A DNA stretch of 63,697 nt, filler included, from Neolecta irregularis DAH-3 (lineage: Eukaryota), in assembly GCA_001929475.1 (NCBI GenBank). It is 10 parts of 10 records of this genome, joined end to end, with 100 filler letters (N's around TTAATTAATTAA, not from the genome) between each part and the next. Parts side by side here need not be neighbours in the genome. Positions count along the whole stretch, not along the records: positions 1 to 14,868 come from LXFE01003285.1; positions 14,969 to 25,164 come from LXFE01003302.1; positions 25,265 to 44,930 come from LXFE01000354.1; 7 more parts are not named here. One strand, 5' to 3'. The stretch's first letter is position 1. Each line of letters opens with the position of its first letter. Below, one piece after another: positions 13,575 through 25,494 of the stretch. The notes beneath the pieces are model-generated. The model ran no database searches and had not been told where the DNA came from. It saw nothing but the letters and a program-made list of their open reading frames with translations. The translations under genes were made by a program, and so were the position numbers.

Positions 13575-14559
13575 ATGACCTCCCAAACTTCTCTAGATAT
13601 TGATGTTCAACAATTCAGCCATCCTATACCGCATACAATTTCTACAACTCGGAATCTGAAGAAGATTGAACTTCATAGTTGGACTATAGAAGCTCGAAAG
13701 AACCCAATATGCTCAAGCAAAGAAATCGACACTGCGACGACTAGACTTGGTATCCCTGTTCCAGAGATGATATTTGGCAATAATATGGTTCGTATCACAC
13801 ATAAAAATGGATGGGAAATAAAATTCACTGCGTTGGATGCGCTGGATCTAGTTGACAAGACAGATAGCAAAATGTTAAAGGTTCATTACTCAGAGGTGCT
13901 TCTTTTTGTTGAAGTCTACTTACCTTATCACTGTAGAAATGGAATAAATGTCGGTATGTCTAGCTCATTATCCCAACCTGAGATTAGAGAAAAGGCGAGT
14001 GAAGATATCAAAGAGATTGTGAAGCCATTTGATTGGACTTATAGTACAGAATATAGCGGAACGTTGAACGTATGTTTATCTCTATACACTCGTGCTAAGT
14101 GAAGGGTGTCTTGAACCGAACAGATGAATCAATTCCCCTGGTCCGGCTACGTCGTCCGGATCCAATTCTTCTCTACGACGAAGTGGTTTTATACGAGGAT
14201 GAACTTGCGGATAATGGAACTGCCTTGCTTTCAGTTAAAGTACGAGTCATGCCCGCTCGTTTGCTTTTGCTCTCTCGATTCTATATGAGACTAGATGATG
14301 TAATCTTTCGAATTCGAGATACAAGGATTTTCGTTGAGTTTTCGACAAATGAGGTCATTCGTGAATATGTAGAGAAAGAAGACATATACGAGGACGTTAA
14401 AAGGGTATTGGTGGTCCTTAGTAGATTGCTCAAGTCATACAGAAAGTTCCTCCTGGAAGAGATACTGGTGCATTTTTCAGAGATCCTCAATGGGTTTCTG
14501 AAAATTTATCAGTCGTAAAGGAAAGAAATGAAAGTAATCGGCTCGAATACGCGTTATGA
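13575..14559 (+). CDS. TIP41: TIP41/TIPRL, PP2A-Tap42 regulator (multi-exon)
   Basis: IPVPEMIFGNN, KPFDWTYSTEY, LYEDELADNG, FYMRLDDVIFRIRDTR. Confidence 0.92.
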
Positions 14560-14868
14560 AAAGGCACAAAGGGACTACAATTTCTCGAACTTTTGCTCTT
14601 GGTCAATGACTACATCCTTGCAGCTTCATGAAGTACCATTTCTGCTTTTCCGGATCCACATTTGACAAGATATTTTTCAGTCGTTAATATAGTGATCATC
14701 CTATATGGATCTAAATAAATTGAAGCTGGTCTAGTTCTTTGAGGAACTTCATGGCCCTAAGCCTTGATCATATAAAGAGTAAGCCTTAAAGTCAAGATTA
14801 CCGACCTACTCGTTTTGGCAAGACCTCTCAAACTTATAACCTAGTATGATTGCAATGAATCTTGTTGA

Positions 14869-14968
14869 NNNNNNNNNNNNNNNNNNNNNNNNNNNNNNNN
14901 NNNNNNNNNNNNTTAATTAATTAANNNNNNNNNNNNNNNNNNNNNNNNNNNNNNNNNNNNNNNNNNNN
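14869..14968. other. Artificial contig linker; also at 25165-25264, 44931-45030, 48589-48688, 50229-50328, 53108-53207, 55114-55213, 57948-58047 and 62388-62487
   Basis: The same 100-nt N44-TTAATTAATTAA-N44 spacer (stops in all six frames) occurs nine times. Confidence 0.98.
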
Positions 14969-15994
14969 GCCGTCCATAGATAAGCTAACAGTCAGTCTTG
15001 GAGGATACCCGTCACTATTCTATAGACATGACTATTTAAAAGGATAATAAAAGTCAACCCCAAACTCTCAAGCCAACTCTTCTCCAACCCTTCATTTCGG
15101 CAGAACGGCAACAATCCGTCGGTCCAATCCCATTTCCCCCAAAGGATATCACCGACATGTTTTCGAAAACCAAGAAGCAATCAAAGAATAGCAAATACAC
15201 GGTTCTCCTTCCCTATGGAGGAATTGGATGCCAGTGGTGGGGGACAGATGTCCGTGAGCATACAGACTCTCGATANNNNNNNNNNTTTAGCACCGACATG
15301 TTTTCGAAAACCAAGAAGCAACCAAAGAATAGCAAATACACGGTTCTCCCTCCCTATGGAGGAATTGGATGCCAGTGGTGGGGGACAGATGTCCGTGAGC
15401 ATACAGACTCTCGATAGCGAAGTGAAGATATTTTTCCCATGCTTGGATTTTATGATGTCGGCACAACGAGACCGAGATCTCAGTTGCCTTTTCCGCTGTT
15501 AAATTAAGCGAGCAGGAAACCCCGGTTTCGGCGGGTCCTGTCGTGTCATATTTATGCGTGATTGGTCCGAAGAAGTATCAAAGATGGATGTTGGAGCCAA
15601 GAGTTTTGCTATGAATAGAGAATATTGCTTGTTTCGGTCGAAACATCTGAAGGGTCTGAAATGTCTGATTGCGAGGATCCATAGTTCGCGTTGACATATA
15701 CACATGGCCTTCCCTGAAACGCAAGACCGTTTGCATTTTCCTGGAATATCATTGACCGAGGGGGAAGTTTGTACATTTGTCAACACGGGTTTCTCCAAGC
15801 TTGGCAAAGTTAGCTTTGGGAAAGGGTTATGGTTTTGAAAAGTTTGTAGAATTTTCTCATAGTCTCCCTTCAAAGATGGAAAAAGGCGTTATTTTTTCGA
15901 AATATATATCTCAGCAACGCATAAAAGAACGCTAAATGATCATTGCTCCAACAATTTCCCATATGTACCGATTACTTAATAGCATTTACCTGGC

Positions 15995-16731
15995 TCACTT
16001 GGCGACAACTGCATCATCATAAGCCGGTGGAGCGTCCATTGGTGGTGGAGCTTCGTTCTCCTGTGTCCTAGAAATGCTTTCAGGTATTAGACTCGACTCA
16101 TTCTGACCAAGGACGGCATAAACAGGAAGATCTTCCAGATGGTGAATTTGAGAGGCGTCTCCTCCCATCGCATGTATTCGCTCCTGTAGCTCGCTAAACT
16201 TTGTCTGGAATTCAAAAGCACCGCCGTTATTGAACGTAAACTTGGTCTAACTAGATCAACTGAACGCACGATATAATGGGACTACAATGGCCATAACTGA
16301 AGGAAGTCCTCCGTTAGCAACCGGCTGGACAGCGCATTCATAATAATTCGCTCCAAGCCACGCTTCGAGATGTTAGTCTGTGCGTAGGATCGAAAGGTTA
16401 CGTTGATATAGCCTTCCATCTTGAATCCGGTGAATTTGAGTCGAGAAATCTGTGAACGTTTCAGGTGTTTTCTTGGCATTTTGCTCTGAAATATAAACAA
16501 CCTGTATACATTATCATAAGCCAACTAAGGAGAAATTACCCTGCGGTTTGACAGAAACAATGCACCGTTCGAGGACTGTATTGAGATATTGATAGCATGG
16601 TCGGCAGGATAGCTTGATCCAGTTTTAAGCGAAAGGTGGACACCCGAACGTTCGTACAGAAACGTCTCTTGTGGATCCAGGGGTATTGGTTTGCGGTTGT
16701 TCTCTTGAATAGAAACCCAGTTGACCGACAT
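15995..16731 (-). CDS. WBP2-like (WW-domain binding, GRAM/PH-like) protein (multi-exon)
   Basis: MSVNWV..ETFLY..GALFLSNRRV and a C-terminal HLEDLPVY..EAPPPMDAPPAYDD (PPxY motif). Confidence 0.7.
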
Positions 16732-16934
16732 TTACTGGTTTATTGAAGACGTGTTTTGAGGTTGGGGAAATTTAAGGGAACGAGTTTTTTTGTGGTTGAG
16801 ATTGAACCTTAACTACCTGATCTGACAATATAACATACATGGCATTACAAATTTATAACCAGACAACCAGGAAGAAATCAGGTATATTACAACCTCAAAA
16901 ACGCCGCATTCCTATCCAATCATCACCTTATCAC

Positions 16935-19900
16935 CTAAATAGCCCTTTTCGCAAACCAGTTCTTGATTTCTGTCGTATTCCAGTCCATTTCCTGATCTGT
17001 ATAATATGATCGAAGAAGTCGATTACGACGGTCTGTTATCGAAATATACTCTGCCCGTAATGCCTTCCAGACAGTCGGAAGCATATCGCCTTGTAGAGAT
17101 TCTTCTTCGTCGCCAAAATGTTTATCGACGCGCTTGTACAAAGCCTCAATGCCTTTTTTGACCTATTTAGATAAGAAGCGATCCGACAATCAGAGTGAAT
17201 ACTTCCTTATGATCGTAATTAGACATCAATTTCCGGAATGCCGACCTAGAAAATGTGATATGTGTGCTCACGTCTACGGTCGGATTTGACCTAGCAAAAG
17301 CCTCCGCGCCTTCCAAAAAGTCCTGTGGTACATTAGCGTATATCCGGCCATGACCAGCACCAGTAGTTTGCCAAGAGGCCGCCTTATAACAATTCGTGTG
17401 TAAATCCCAAGGTGTTCTGCCCATAGATCGCGCGCCTTCTGGTCAAATTCTTGTAGGGATGGGTTTCCATGTGATTCTATTTCGACCTCATAATAATGCA
17501 TATTCATCATCATCATGATATGATAATACAGCTGTTCTTTATCCTCTGGGTCAACATTCGTAGAATTATTCGCCTTGGCAATTGCTTGAAGAGACTCAAA
17601 CATGGTGGTGTTGATCTTCTGGTAGGCTTCATCTATTGTTTCTCGGATATCCAGTATTTGATCGCCTACATCTGGTTGAATCATCTGCGATTCAATCCGA
17701 CTCACGAAGGACTATAAATAAGTACAGGTCATTTCACAGAATATACAGGAAATATACGAATGAAGCTAACGACTCCACGTCGTTTGAGACTCACTTTGGT
17801 ATCTTCAATGGATCTAAGCTGTTCCACTAAAAAGCGTTCGAAAACACCTAGGAGTCGATCATGTAATCGGTTCAGCATGCGCAAGAGAAAATCTTGATCT
17901 GTGCCAGCCCATTCTGTAAGATGGATCTCAATAGTTTCAAGGATACCAACAACCTGACTAGAATTTAAGTCACTCAAGGAGGAGGAAGGTTATACATTTG
18001 GTCTTGCTTTACTATATGATCGACCAGCCCAGTAAGCTCATTAGGAAGAGTATCAAAGATTCTTTCCATGATTGATGCTACAATCTTTGCATTCTGTGAG
18101 TCCGGCTCAACAGGCCGTCGAATCATCAGATCGTTCGCATCATAATTCTCAACAACATGATCTTCCACGAAGTCAATAAAGCTTCGCGTATCTCGAGACG
18201 ACATATGGAAGAAGTCAACGATAAAATTCTGCTCTGGCGTGATGAGTGGAACCAGATGATCAAGAGCCGCTTTAAAACAAAAGGAACCGATATTATCGGA
18301 AGATTCGATTTTTTTATTTTTCCCGCGGAAGGTGCGGCCTCGCTTAATTGTAGCAGAGCGGACAGCAGAAACCTTCTCAACAACCGCATTATCCTTTTCT
18401 TCCGCGGCAGTAAAAACTAAAACAATGAAATCCAGACTAAGATGACAATAGCATACAGGTTTCAGCTTCTTCTGGTGTAGCTTTACGTACAGCGGCTTTC
18501 CAAGCGCCCACAAGCTCTTTCGTATCCGTACTAAAAAGCATTTGGCTGGGTTGGATATATTTCTAAGCGTTATATGGGCGGCGAAATGCAGGAATCTACG
18601 ATTTTAAGCTTCTCGTAAGAATCCCAATGCGTCATTCTGGCGTAAAGAATAAGGCCAGTATACCGATTCAAATAAGTATATAGCAAGTCCCGCGGTGCAA
18701 TTACAGGATGGCCCTTGTCGGGATTTCGAGTGTTACGCTTCGCAAGATTCATAAATTGTGCCTATCAATCAGCTAAGGTATCGCTTGATTCTTGCCTGAA
18801 ATCGCATTCCCAGGTTATTAACCATCCGGTTCAAAAATCTAGTGCTTTCTGCTTTGTATTCATCTCGACGTTCTTGAACAGCTCTCATTGAAGCCAAATT
18901 CATCTCGGAGCTATCTTCTGCGATACGGATGGCCTTATAGAACTTGACAAGAATTTTTTCGCTCTCATGAATACCGTCGGGATCATCAGAGCCTTGCTGT
19001 CCTGCAAGGGCTTCAATATCACCAACTGGGATTGCAATTGCTTCCTGATCTAGTTTAGCAGTTGATTTTCCGCTCCAAAATACCAACAACCCTTGCAACT
19101 CTGATTTCAACCCTTTCTGGTTCGCTGTCTGAACCTGAACGCCTCTATTTTGGCCTTCAATATGACTGATATCTTCTGACAAGCTACTCAGCTCGACTGC
19201 ATACAACGTCAGAAGTGAGTCCATCTTATCGCACTCCACGATCGCACAGCCTAGCTTCTCGATCAATCCTGCCATTCTGTCATCACCTTCGACGATTGCA
19301 TGAACATTCGCAGCTTCAAGCGCCATCAATTCATTACGCAAATTCTCTTCAAGGCGGTCCGCATTACCCATGCTTGTCCAGTCAAAGCCCTCAAGAACAT
19401 CCTCGACTTCTTTTAATAGGTCACCACTCTCCTCTTCATATGTCGAAGCAGCCCACTTAGACTTCTGCTGATCGAGAAGGGATTTGGTCCGACTAATCGT
19501 AGTACCTTGAGAAGCTAGTTCCGCTGATTCTGCGAGTACACTATGAGAATGGGTGCCTCCACCAGAAGGTAGTGCATTATTCGATGACCCAGGAAGGAAT
19601 TGTTTTGGCTTCATGCTGTAACGACTGATGAACATGGGATCAGGAACACAATCGTCATCTGGGAGACCAAATTGCACAGAATCTAGCTGTTCTTCTGGTG
19701 CCACAGAATCGCGATGCAGATGGGACCCGTCATTATTGCTGACAACTCCCACGCCTGAAGGTGACTCAAGATCGTGACTTCCAAAAGTAGATGTTACTGG
19801 AGTCTGGCCACTCTTAATCATCCAGGGTGCAGGTACAGAATCCAGCGGTAGAGGAGTATCTGGAGCTGTCGAACCAATATCATCAAAACGATAGGCTTTG

Positions 19901-21701
19901 GGATCTGAATTGGAGTTGGAAGTTCCTCCAAATGAAGTCCCCTTTGGCCTGTCCTGTCGAATCGAGAATCCAACAAATAATCCATCGCCGTCTGAAGCAG
20001 TCGAAGGAGCGTTTGGGGGTTGTTGTAACTGAGTGGAACAATTAATGGCATTTGCGTTCGGAGGGCTAGGTGTTGGTGCAGGCGTTGGTCGCACTGATCC
20101 TGTACTAAATGGGTCGACGTTGGCCGGACTAATCGATCGGGTGGGTCTCGCAGAAGGATTTCCTGGGAACAACCCACCAGAGCGAGAGGACGGATGAGTT
20201 GAGCGTGGCTTTTCTATTGGATCCGTAGTCCAATGACTTGGGATATTGGTTGAACCTTGATTATGTCTTGCGAAAGATTTATCATCTCTAATATATGCAG
20301 CTTGGCTCTTCTCTGAGGGTCCAGGACTAGGATCTCGCGGCGTTGATTTTGAGATGGGTACGTCTCTGGGTGTAGGGGGCTGGATGCGAGACTGGAAATT
20401 CTGACCCGGTTTTGGGGAGACCGATCGACTTGTTTCGAGAGGTCCACCGGCTTCATCGGGTTTAGATATTCCTCGACTTGGAATTCCAACAAGCAAAGCA
20501 GATTGATTTGAAGACTTACTGTTCTCCCGTTCTTTGGGTGTAATTTGTTCATCAACCATAGCTCGAGGTCTGCTTAATCTCCGAGGAGAACCTGAACGAC
20601 TTCTAGGGTATTTGTCGTCTGGTGTTGTAGGCTTCGACAAAGTGTTTTTAACTGGCAACGAAAGGTTTCCTTCACCAGGAATAGGTAATCCGTTTCGAGC
20701 GAGTGGTTTGCTTCCACTTGTAAATGGCAAAGCCGGAGAACCATTCGGATCTGGTGAGCCGTTTGAGGGAGTAACTGGTCGGTTTTTGGAGGATGGTCGC
20801 CGGTCATCAGTACCCAAGAAAGGAGTGCCTGTTTGCAAGGGATTAAGATCCGGATGAGGATCCGCAAGAGGCATGGGATTAAGTGACCTTGCTGATGGTC
20901 GCCGACTGGCAGTTGGAGATTTCTGAGATGAGTGAGCTCCAGGTGATCCTCCTCGAGAACTACTGAATGATCCCGAGGCCTTTATTGGCGGTCTTCGATA
21001 ATGCGAAGGTGTTCCGCTCATTGGCTGAGCTGGTTGTGGAGGAAGGCCCTTGCGAGCTATGGTCAACACAAGTTCTGTCGGATTTCGGTACGCGAAACTC
21101 CAAAATCGAAACCAATCAATTCTGGGTATTTCCCATTTGTGTACTTGGTGTATATTCGCACTATTCCAGAGACGAACATATTCTTCTCCTTTTGAGACTC
21201 GACGGCCCAGTAATACGATTTCTGGAAAGATACAGTGAATCCACGACCTTCGTGATTTTTGAATGATTTAAGGTCCTTCGAAATCAGACTCAATAAACTT
21301 CGTTGCGCTACCTCTAGATTCCATGTCTTTCCGATCGAGAATGTCCCATTGCTATTGGCCCTGGATTTATGGATCCGAACTTTTCCGTTTCTTTTCACTA
21401 GAAATCAAACTTAATAACCACAATCAGATATGGAGTCTCATACCAGCCACGATGATAAACCGCATCTTGGGATTTCGTAATGAGGTCCCCGGAGGTGGAA
21501 CAGCCGTAGGGTCAACGCCATCTTCTGTGATCTTAACATGTGTGATGTACGTTTCTAGTGCTACAACAATTAGGGAAGCTGTTATGGATGATTTGAGCTA
21601 TTCATACGAGTGCCATCCTCATCTCTCTGTGAAAACAATGAGGCGATCAGCCGCTCTTTTGGCTCTGCATTCCGGTCCAATATGGGCTGCTGAGCCGCCA
21701 T
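16935..21701 (-). CDS. SEC3: Exocyst subunit Sec3 (multi-exon)
   Basis: PIP2-binding PH domain (VRIHKSRANSNGTFSIGKTWNL, YYWAVESQKEK), a P/S-rich linker, coiled coil LMALEAANVHAI..GVQVQTANQKGL, and Sec3_C EQNFIVDFFHM..YKRVDKHF. Confidence 0.92.
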
Positions 21702-21880
21702 TCTAGGGAAAACCGAAGCGAAGGCTGGAATATCGCTATTCAAAGCCGATGTTTCCAGTTATCGCGGTCGTTGTTGCTCAGCGATGATTTTTGGTGGAGA
21801 GTAATTGGCGGCATTTAAACAATGTCCGTAAATTAATTTATAGTACCCCTTTCCGAAAAAGTTCCTATCGTATTCCGAAA

Positions 21881-23350
21881 ATGAGATCAGTACCAGATGA
21901 TCTTCTACCTCTCATATGGCATTTCCTTGATTCAAACGATTATAAGAAGGCAGCAAAGGCCTTTGCAAAACAAGTTGGTCGAGATCTTCAATCAGATATC
22001 GCGCTTGAAAGCTCCCTTGTTGATATCTACAATAGATATTTGGAATCAAAGAATAATGATGAAAGTGCCGGATCTTCAAAAGAAAGCAGCAGCTCCGACG
22101 AATCCACCAGTGAAAGCGAAGAGAAAGCTAAAGAACAGACTGCTACTGAAAAGAATCTTCTGAAACACAGTAAACAGATTCCTAAAGACAAACAATCTTT
22201 TGAACACGGGAATACTTTACCTGCGGGAAAGGATTTGAATGGTAGCTCGGGACTTAACACAATAAAGCCACGCTCTGTATCTTCAGCAGAACCCAGTTCT
22301 TCCGAAAGCCAATTGACTTCTTCGTCTAGTGAATCTGATTCCGAGAAGGAAGCAGCGCCAGCGAAAACAGAAAAGAGAGTTTCAAATCGGAGAGACGGCA
22401 AGGAGACAAGCGCATTTGACAAAGTTTCTGGTAAGAAACGGGTGCGAGACGAATCAAGCTCGTCGTCAACTGAAAGCACCGGCTCCGATTCGTCCAACTC
22501 AGAAAGGTGTGAAACGACTAGTAATGGCTGTCTAATAATGAGCGAATCTGAATCCGAGGAACCAGCGCCAGCCAAAACAATTAAGAGCGTTTCAAAACGG
22601 ACAGACGCCAAGAAGAAAACTACATTTGATAAAGCTTCTAGTAAGAAACGTGTGCGAGACGAATCAAACTCTTCGTCAAGTGAAAGCAGCGGCTCAGATT
22701 CATCCGACTCAGAAAGGTGTGAAACCACTAGTGATGGCTGTCTAATAATGAGCGAATCTGAATCCGAGGAACCAGCACCAGCCAAAACAATTAAGAGCGT
22801 TTCAAAGCGGACAGACGCCAAGCAGAAAACTACATTTGATACAGCTTCTGGTAAGAAACGTGTGCGAGACGAATCAAGCTCTTCGTCGAGTGAAAACAGC
22901 GACTCAGATTCATCAGACTCAGAAAGGTATGAACCGATTAATGATGGCTATCTAATAATGAGCAAATCTGAAGCATCCGAGAAAACACATTTCATGTCAA
23001 GTTCTTCTGCTCCAAATCAGAGAGCAACAAAAGATCCTCCATCTAAAAAGATTAAAATCAAGAAGCAAGGTAGTCAATCAACCTTACCATCCACATTACC
23101 AACACCCATCGAAGACGGACGATTAAATGTCCCTTTTTCCAGAGTTAAAAAAGATGAAATTACTTTTGCCGATGAATCGCTTCGAGATAATCGATTCAAG
23201 GCACCTGAAGATTCATACGGTGCCAAGGCCAGTCGAGATCTCATTGTTACGCGCGGAAAAGGATTTCGAACAGAGAAAGGCAAGAAGAAGAAAGGTAGCT
23301 ACAAGGGTGGGAAAATTGATATGGAAAGCAGAAGTTTCAAGTTCAGCTGA
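21881..23350 (+). CDS. SRP40: Srp40/Nopp140 nucleolar phosphoprotein
   Basis: N-terminal LisH-like segment (LLPLIWHFLDSNDYKKAAKAF), S/acidic-basic repeats, and SRP40_C (SYGAKASRDLIVTRGKGFRTEKGKKKKGSYKGGKID). Confidence 0.92.
   Translation: MRSVPDDLLPLIWHFLDSNDYKKAAKAFAKQVGRDLQSDIALESSLVDIYNRYLESKNNDESAGSSKESSSSDESTSESEEKAKEQTATEKNLLKHSKQIPKDKQSFEHGNTLPAGKDLNGSSGLNTIKPRSVSSAEPSSSESQLTSSSSESDSEKEAAPAKTEKRVSNRRDGKETSAFDKVSGKKRVRDESSSSSTESTGSDSSNSERCETTSNGCLIMSESESEEPAPAKTIKSVSKRTDAKKKTTFDKASSKKRVRDESNSSSSESSGSDSSDSERCETTSDGCLIMSESESEEPAPAKTIKSVSKRTDAKQKTTFDTASGKKRVRDESSSSSSENSDSDSSDSERYEPINDGYLIMSKSEASEKTHFMSSSSAPNQRATKDPPSKKIKIKKQGSQSTLPSTLPTPIEDGRLNVPFSRVKKDEITFADESLRDNRFKAPEDSYGAKASRDLIVTRGKGFRTEKGKKKKGSYKGGKIDMESRSFKFS
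22331..22970 (+). repeat. Intragenic tandem repeat, 210-nt (70-aa) unit, about 3 copies
   Basis: AGAAAGGTRTGAA anchors recur at 22501, 22711 and 22921. Confidence 0.92.
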
Positions 23351-24531
23351 TAGATGGCACAGCGTGATATATATGAAATTATCTATTAGGCCATTATGGA
23401 GAAGCTGATGTAATGCAAAATTCGCCCTCGGAGAGAAAAAGAAACACCGGATTCTTTTTAAGCTATCACATAGCCTACACGAAAGGTTAGTGAATTATCC
23501 CGGTGTTAGATCCTTGAATGGTTACTGGCATCTCAAAATATGATAGCCATCCAAAGAAGCTAGCTGGATTTGTGGTGATTACTAGGCAATCCATAGGTCT
23601 GCTAATCCGCTAATACGTAGTGATTTTAGTAGTGATTGATTTCAGCATTTTGTTGTCATACCTAGCAATTCTTTTTAACCTGCAGCGATCTAATAGCTAA
23701 TGTCATACTTTAAAGACGATCTATTTTGTATTCATCAGTATTAGGAATCAGAATGCTCCAGGTCACGAGTTCACTTGCTCATGGGTAGTCTGACAAATTA
23801 CTGAGATTGTTTTCGAGAGTGACCTTGCATCTCCATTAACTCGCACTCTATTGTTCCCTGTATCATGTCATTCTTTCTCATTTGTGTGGTCTGCCGTATC
23901 GACCTAAGAATTCGTCTTTGATGTTTTCACTGGTTGCCTGTCTCCCAAGTTGCTGTCTTTATTCAAACATAGAGCATTCTTTAGAAGAATTTTGTCTCTT
24001 TCGGGGATATCACACTTTGAAAGAAGTGGCCCGAGTAATCAGTGCAAGAGATCAACGTGGCTTCGTTCTTGGAATGTCTAACATTCGTAGGAAGACAAAC
24101 TAGTATGAATTGACAAATCTCTTCGACAACTTTTGGTTGATCAAGAGACCTGGACTCTACCCAGAGAAGTTCCTTATTACACAAGGTTGACTTAGTCATG
24201 TCCCTGCTCGTATCAAGGTCCAATGCAAAAAGAATCTTTGAAGACATCGGCGAAGCAGTCATTTTTAGTTTAGTGTTAAACATGTCCTCGTTAGGACTAT
24301 AATTAGTTCTCCAACCTATCAAGCTTTCCTTAAGTTTGGAGATTAGAACACGATTATGACTACAAAACTGACTACAAAACATGTGCCTAAACAAAGTCAC
24401 CTGTGTCGAACTTTTCATAAAGATCAGAATCTATAGATATGGCTTTACTGCAATAAAGAATGCAGTAAGACAATTTAAATAAACAAAATGTCATTAATAT
24501 TGGGATGGAATTTTCAAATATGCCAACCCTT

Positions 24532-25164
24532 TTACACGGGATTCCCATCCTCAAATATGAGTAACGGTTCGGATGGTGGGATATACGACATCAGTTTTTC
24601 GGCATCGTAGGTTGCTCGAGGACTGGGGGCAAGTCGATAGTTTTCACGGTCTCGAACTTCTTTGTGTTCCTGACAGATGGACTACATCGTTAAGTCGAGA
24701 CCAATTAAATGAGAGTATACGCATGGAAGACAGCAGCAGGCTGAAACACAATCAATATATTTGGTTCCTTTTATGGTATATCGTTGTCGAATCGCAGCTA
24801 AAATGTCACGGGAGATGATAAGACATCGATACTTCGATTAAGCCAATTCAAAATCCAACCGCATCCTGTACAGTGCTGGATACAGCACCAAATGCCACAT
24901 GCACTTGAAAAGACTAAAAGTCAGTAATTTAGCGCAGAAGGTGACATACAAGGTCCCAACTGCGACTGATCAGGGTAATTCAAACGGTGTCTTGTTCGTC
25001 CATAAACAACACAAGGACAAAAACAACCCAAGATACCTGTTGATAAATTAGAATATTAATGACAGATTTGACATCATACAGACATTAATGTCGTCAAAGC
25101 AGCCAAAGAGCCTATTCTTCCACTCCTGGCCTTGAACATTTTGGTATTGAGGAGCTTGAATTGG
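24532..25164 (-). CDS. PLAC8-family cysteine-rich protein (at least 5 short exons; 5' end cut by the linker; absent from the ORF track)
   Basis: Spliced reading: QEWKNRLFGCFDDINVC|ILGCFCPCVVYGRTRHRL..CGIWCCIQHCTGCGWILNWLNR|TAIRQRYTIKG..DCVSACCCLPC|SICQEHKEV. Confidence 0.88.
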
Positions 25165-25494
25165 NNNNNNNNNNNNNNNNNNNNNNNNNNNNNNNNNNNN
25201 NNNNNNNNTTAATTAATTAANNNNNNNNNNNNNNNNNNNNNNNNNNNNNNNNNNNNNNNNNNNNTGCACTGCTCGCAGAATAATCAATATATCGTTTTGT
25301 ATGAATCAACCAGTTTTCACAAGTCTATTGGCGAATTCATCGTTATCAGCAAGACAATTCAGTATTTCTGTACGAAGCTCTAGCTCATTGTCTCGATAAA
25401 ATATTTAGCTAGTTTCATCAATTGGACATCAAGTCAGATAGGAATGCCGATCGACAAATAATATTTACTGTTCAGGTGAATGCANNNNNNNNNN

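Noticed and set aside
14869-14968. Recurrent TTAATTAATTAA palindrome inside N runs
   Set aside because: Artificial six-frame-stop contig linker, not biological.
15151-15414. Tandem ~124-nt duplication around a short N gap
   Set aside because: Typical unmerged scaffold overlap; the same pattern occurs at 50642-50886 and 62634-62769.
23981-24418. 145-aa ORF between SRP40 and PLAC8
   Set aside because: No recognisable family or convincing splice structure; cannot be called from sequence alone.
25265-25484. Copy of 29293-29510 at a contig start
   Set aside because: Bounded by gaps and differing only by a few indels or substitutions; most likely a misplaced read end or assembly artefact.
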